IMG/VR virus record: IMGVR_UViG_3300040960_001631
Span: 1-64,000 of that record
DNA: 64,000 nucleotides
Reading direction: 5' to 3' (one strand)
Source: an uncultured virus (IMG/VR IMGVR_UViG_3300040960_001631)
Lineage: Duplodnaviria > Heunggongvirae > Uroviricota > Caudoviricetes
The notes beneath the pieces were generated by a model, which saw nothing but the letters and a program-made list of their open reading frames with translations, searched no databases and was not told the DNA's origin. The position numbers and the translations under genes were made by a program. Positions within the stretch are counted from its first letter, which is position 1; each line of letters starts with the position of its first letter. Shown here piece by piece: positions 61,837-64,000 of this stretch.

Positions 61837-64000
61837 ATGGCAGAACCACAAAATGGCAGAATTGGCGGCGGCGTATTAGCAGATAACCTGTTACGTAACG
61901 GCATTGACCTTAAATTTTATCAATCGTCAGGATTAGTTGCTGAGCCTATACCTTTATTACACTTAGATGTAAACAATAATAGAATTGGTGTAAACATAGA
62001 CGGTCCTGGTTTTGACCTAGAAACTCCTGTCGATTTAAGAAGCACAAATTTAATTGCAACAACAACAACTATAGATAATTTTGATATAGCAAACAGTAGA
62101 ATAGATTATTTTACTGGTGCTGATATATTATTATCTTCAAACTCTACAATTGAAGCAACTAGTATTGCCACAGACGACCTATTATTCGATTATAATACAA
62201 TAAGTTCAAGGACTGCTAATACAAATATTGAACTACGTCCAGACGGCATAGGCGAAATAAACATACGATCTAATTGGAATAGCACCGGTGATATACATGC
62301 AACTGGAGATATTACGTTTGGAGGAAATCTTACACTCGGTAATAACGATACTGATAATGTAACCTTTAATGCAGATTTAGATAGCAGTCTTATTCCGGAC
62401 GCTAATAATACATATAGTTTAGGCAATACAGCAAAAAGATGGTTAAATTTATATAGTAATTTATTAAATGGTCAAAGAGTAACTGTAGGAAGTTTTTCAG
62501 TTAGTGATACTAGTTTAGCAGTAAGACAGGGAAACATTTTTTATGTCAGTACATTAGGTGATGACACAAATGTAGGGGATCACCAACACGGTGCTTTTAG
62601 AACACTAAAGCATGCGTTAGATGTAGTAGATGCAAGTTCAGCAGGTCCAGTTACAATACATATTTTTCCAGGAGAGTATGAGGAAGAATTTCCGTTAACT
62701 ATTCCGCCAAACACAAGTGTTCGTGGTGAAGATATAAGAAATACTATTATCAAACCTACAGTTGCAACACAAGACAAAGATGCATTCCTTATGGAAGGCA
62801 ATACAACTATTGCTGATATTACTATAAAAGATTTTTATTACGATAGCGTAGGAGACACAGGTTACGCCTTTCGATTTACTCCAAATGGATTAGTAAATGA
62901 AAGAAGTCCATATATTAGAAATGTAACTGTTATTACACAGGGTAGTGTAACAAGTGCAAGTGACCCTAGAGGGTTTTTAGAGGGCGATGCAGGCAAAGGC
63001 GCATTAATAGACGGAAACGAATTAAACAGTTTAACTATTGAAGGTAGTATGTTGTTTCATAGTGTAACTTTTATTACTCCGGGTGTTGATTGTATTACAA
63101 TGACAAATGGTACAAGAGTTGAATGGCTTAATAGTTTTACATATTTTGCTAATAGAAGTTTATATGCTACACAAGGCGCAGACGGATTAGGCGGCAACGG
63201 AGTTCGTTACGGAGCAGAAGTGCGTTCAATTGGAAGTGCCAGTGTCTATGGTAATTACGGTGCAGTAGCAGATGGTGCTGATACATTAATGTATTTGATA
63301 GGTCATAACTTTGCATATGTAGGTACAGCAAATGATGTATCTAACGATGCAACATTGGTTATAGAAGCAAATGAAGCTGTTGAACTAAATGACGGCGCAA
63401 TACATTTTACTAGTACAAATGCAGCTGGAAAATTTAAAGTAGGAAATTCATTTTTTGCAGATTTTGAAACGGGCACTACAAGTATAGATGCTACTGGTGT
63501 AGATTTTTCAGGATTAAGTGAAATAGTTGTTAGAAATGGATTAGAAAGAACGTTTATTGATGGCACACGCATAGATACTGGAAATATTAGAATAAGTGGA
63601 AACACCATAGATACTATTGACGGACAACTTATACTAAGCCCAGTTACAGAAATTATTAATACTTCGTCTAACGACGGATTTGTAGTAAGTAATGGTAACG
63701 ATAACGAAAGAACCGATGTAGAAGGATCTATTAGATTTAATACAGATACAAATTTATTTGAAGGTTATTCAACAGGTAATTTAAGTTTTGGCGGCGTCTA
63801 TTCTGATGATAGAAATACTAGTGTAACGGCTCATAACACAAATAATAGTTTAATTTTTACAAGCGGGAGTGCAACAACTGGTGTGTTAGACAATTCAACA
63901 TTTACTCTGTTAGGATTATCAGATGGAGATGTTTTATTTGATACAAATGTAATAGAAACTACACTAAGTAATAGCGATTTAGAAATACTCCCTAATGGTA
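61837..64000 (+). CDS. Large virion protein with pectin-lyase-like beta-helix, runs off the window edge (not in ORF track)
   Basis: Manual translation MAEPQNGRIGGGVLADNLLRNG...NIFYVSTLGDDTNVGDHQHGAFRTLKHAL...TIHIFPGEYEE...SVRGEDIRNTII; GGGAG RBS; TAAATA at 61812. Confidence 0.7.
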   Translation, partial: MAEPQNGRIGGGVLADNLLRNGIDLKFYQSSGLVAEPIPLLHLDVNNNRIGVNIDGPGFDLETPVDLRSTNLIATTTTIDNFDIANSRIDYFTGADILLSSNSTIEATSIATDDLLFDYNTISSRTANTNIELRPDGIGEINIRSNWNSTGDIHATGDITFGGNLTLGNNDTDNVTFNADLDSSLIPDANNTYSLGNTAKRWLNLYSNLLNGQRVTVGSFSVSDTSLAVRQGNIFYVSTLGDDTNVGDHQHGAFRTLKHALDVVDASSAGPVTIHIFPGEYEEEFPLTIPPNTSVRGEDIRNTIIKPTVATQDKDAFLMEGNTTIADITIKDFYYDSVGDTGYAFRFTPNGLVNERSPYIRNVTVITQGSVTSASDPRGFLEGDAGKGALIDGNELNSLTIEGSMLFHSVTFITPGVDCITMTNGTRVEWLNSFTYFANRSLYATQGADGLGGNGVRYGAEVRSIGSASVYGNYGAVADGADTLMYLIGHNFAYVGTANDVSNDATLVIEANEAVELNDGAIHFTSTNAAGKFKVGNSFFADFETGTTSIDATGVDFSGLSEIVVRNGLERTFIDGTRIDTGNIRISGNTIDTIDGQLILSPVTEIINTSSNDGFVVSNGNDNERTDVEGSIRFNTDTNLFEGYSTGNLSFGGVYSDDRNTSVTAHNTNNSLIFTSGSATTGVLDNSTFTLLGLSDGDVLFDTNVIETTLSNSDLEILPNG

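Noticed and set aside
1..64000. Stop-codon reassignment
   Set aside because: Long genes translate intact with the standard code, and TAA, TAG and TGA all end genes at sensible boundaries.

Overview
A 64-kb AT-rich segment of a large tailed dsDNA phage with a contractile tail and T4-like head genes; no cellular housekeeping genes are visible. 1-35000 (minus strand) is a tail/baseplate block: three paralogous tail-fibre genes, a 5511-aa wedge/fibre-like protein, gp6/gp25/gp5/hub/gp53-like genes and two peptidoglycan-hydrolase domains. 35082-39449 (plus) encodes a gp55-like late sigma factor, the gp47/gp46 (Mre11/Rad50-like) pair and a stand-alone GIY-YIG protein, followed by about 380 nt of richly base-paired non-coding sequence. 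40447-51147 holds a gp26-like chaperone with an apparent -1 frameshift extension, then tape measure, portal, prohead core, protease, scaffold and major capsid genes. 51267-59126 is an accessory island: duplicated small genes, a Fis-like HTH protein, secreted low-complexity proteins, a TIGR02594-type peptidase, a peroxiredoxin and a GT25 glycosyltransferase. A stand-alone ~190-nt structured RNA and further virion genes follow. Top candidates: (1) GIY-YIG protein plus a large structured ncRNA, (2) a programmed -1 frameshift making a G/GT-like chaperone pair, (3) a structured ncRNA bounded by its own promoter and terminator. All product calls come from motif recognition by eye; no searches or folding programs were run.
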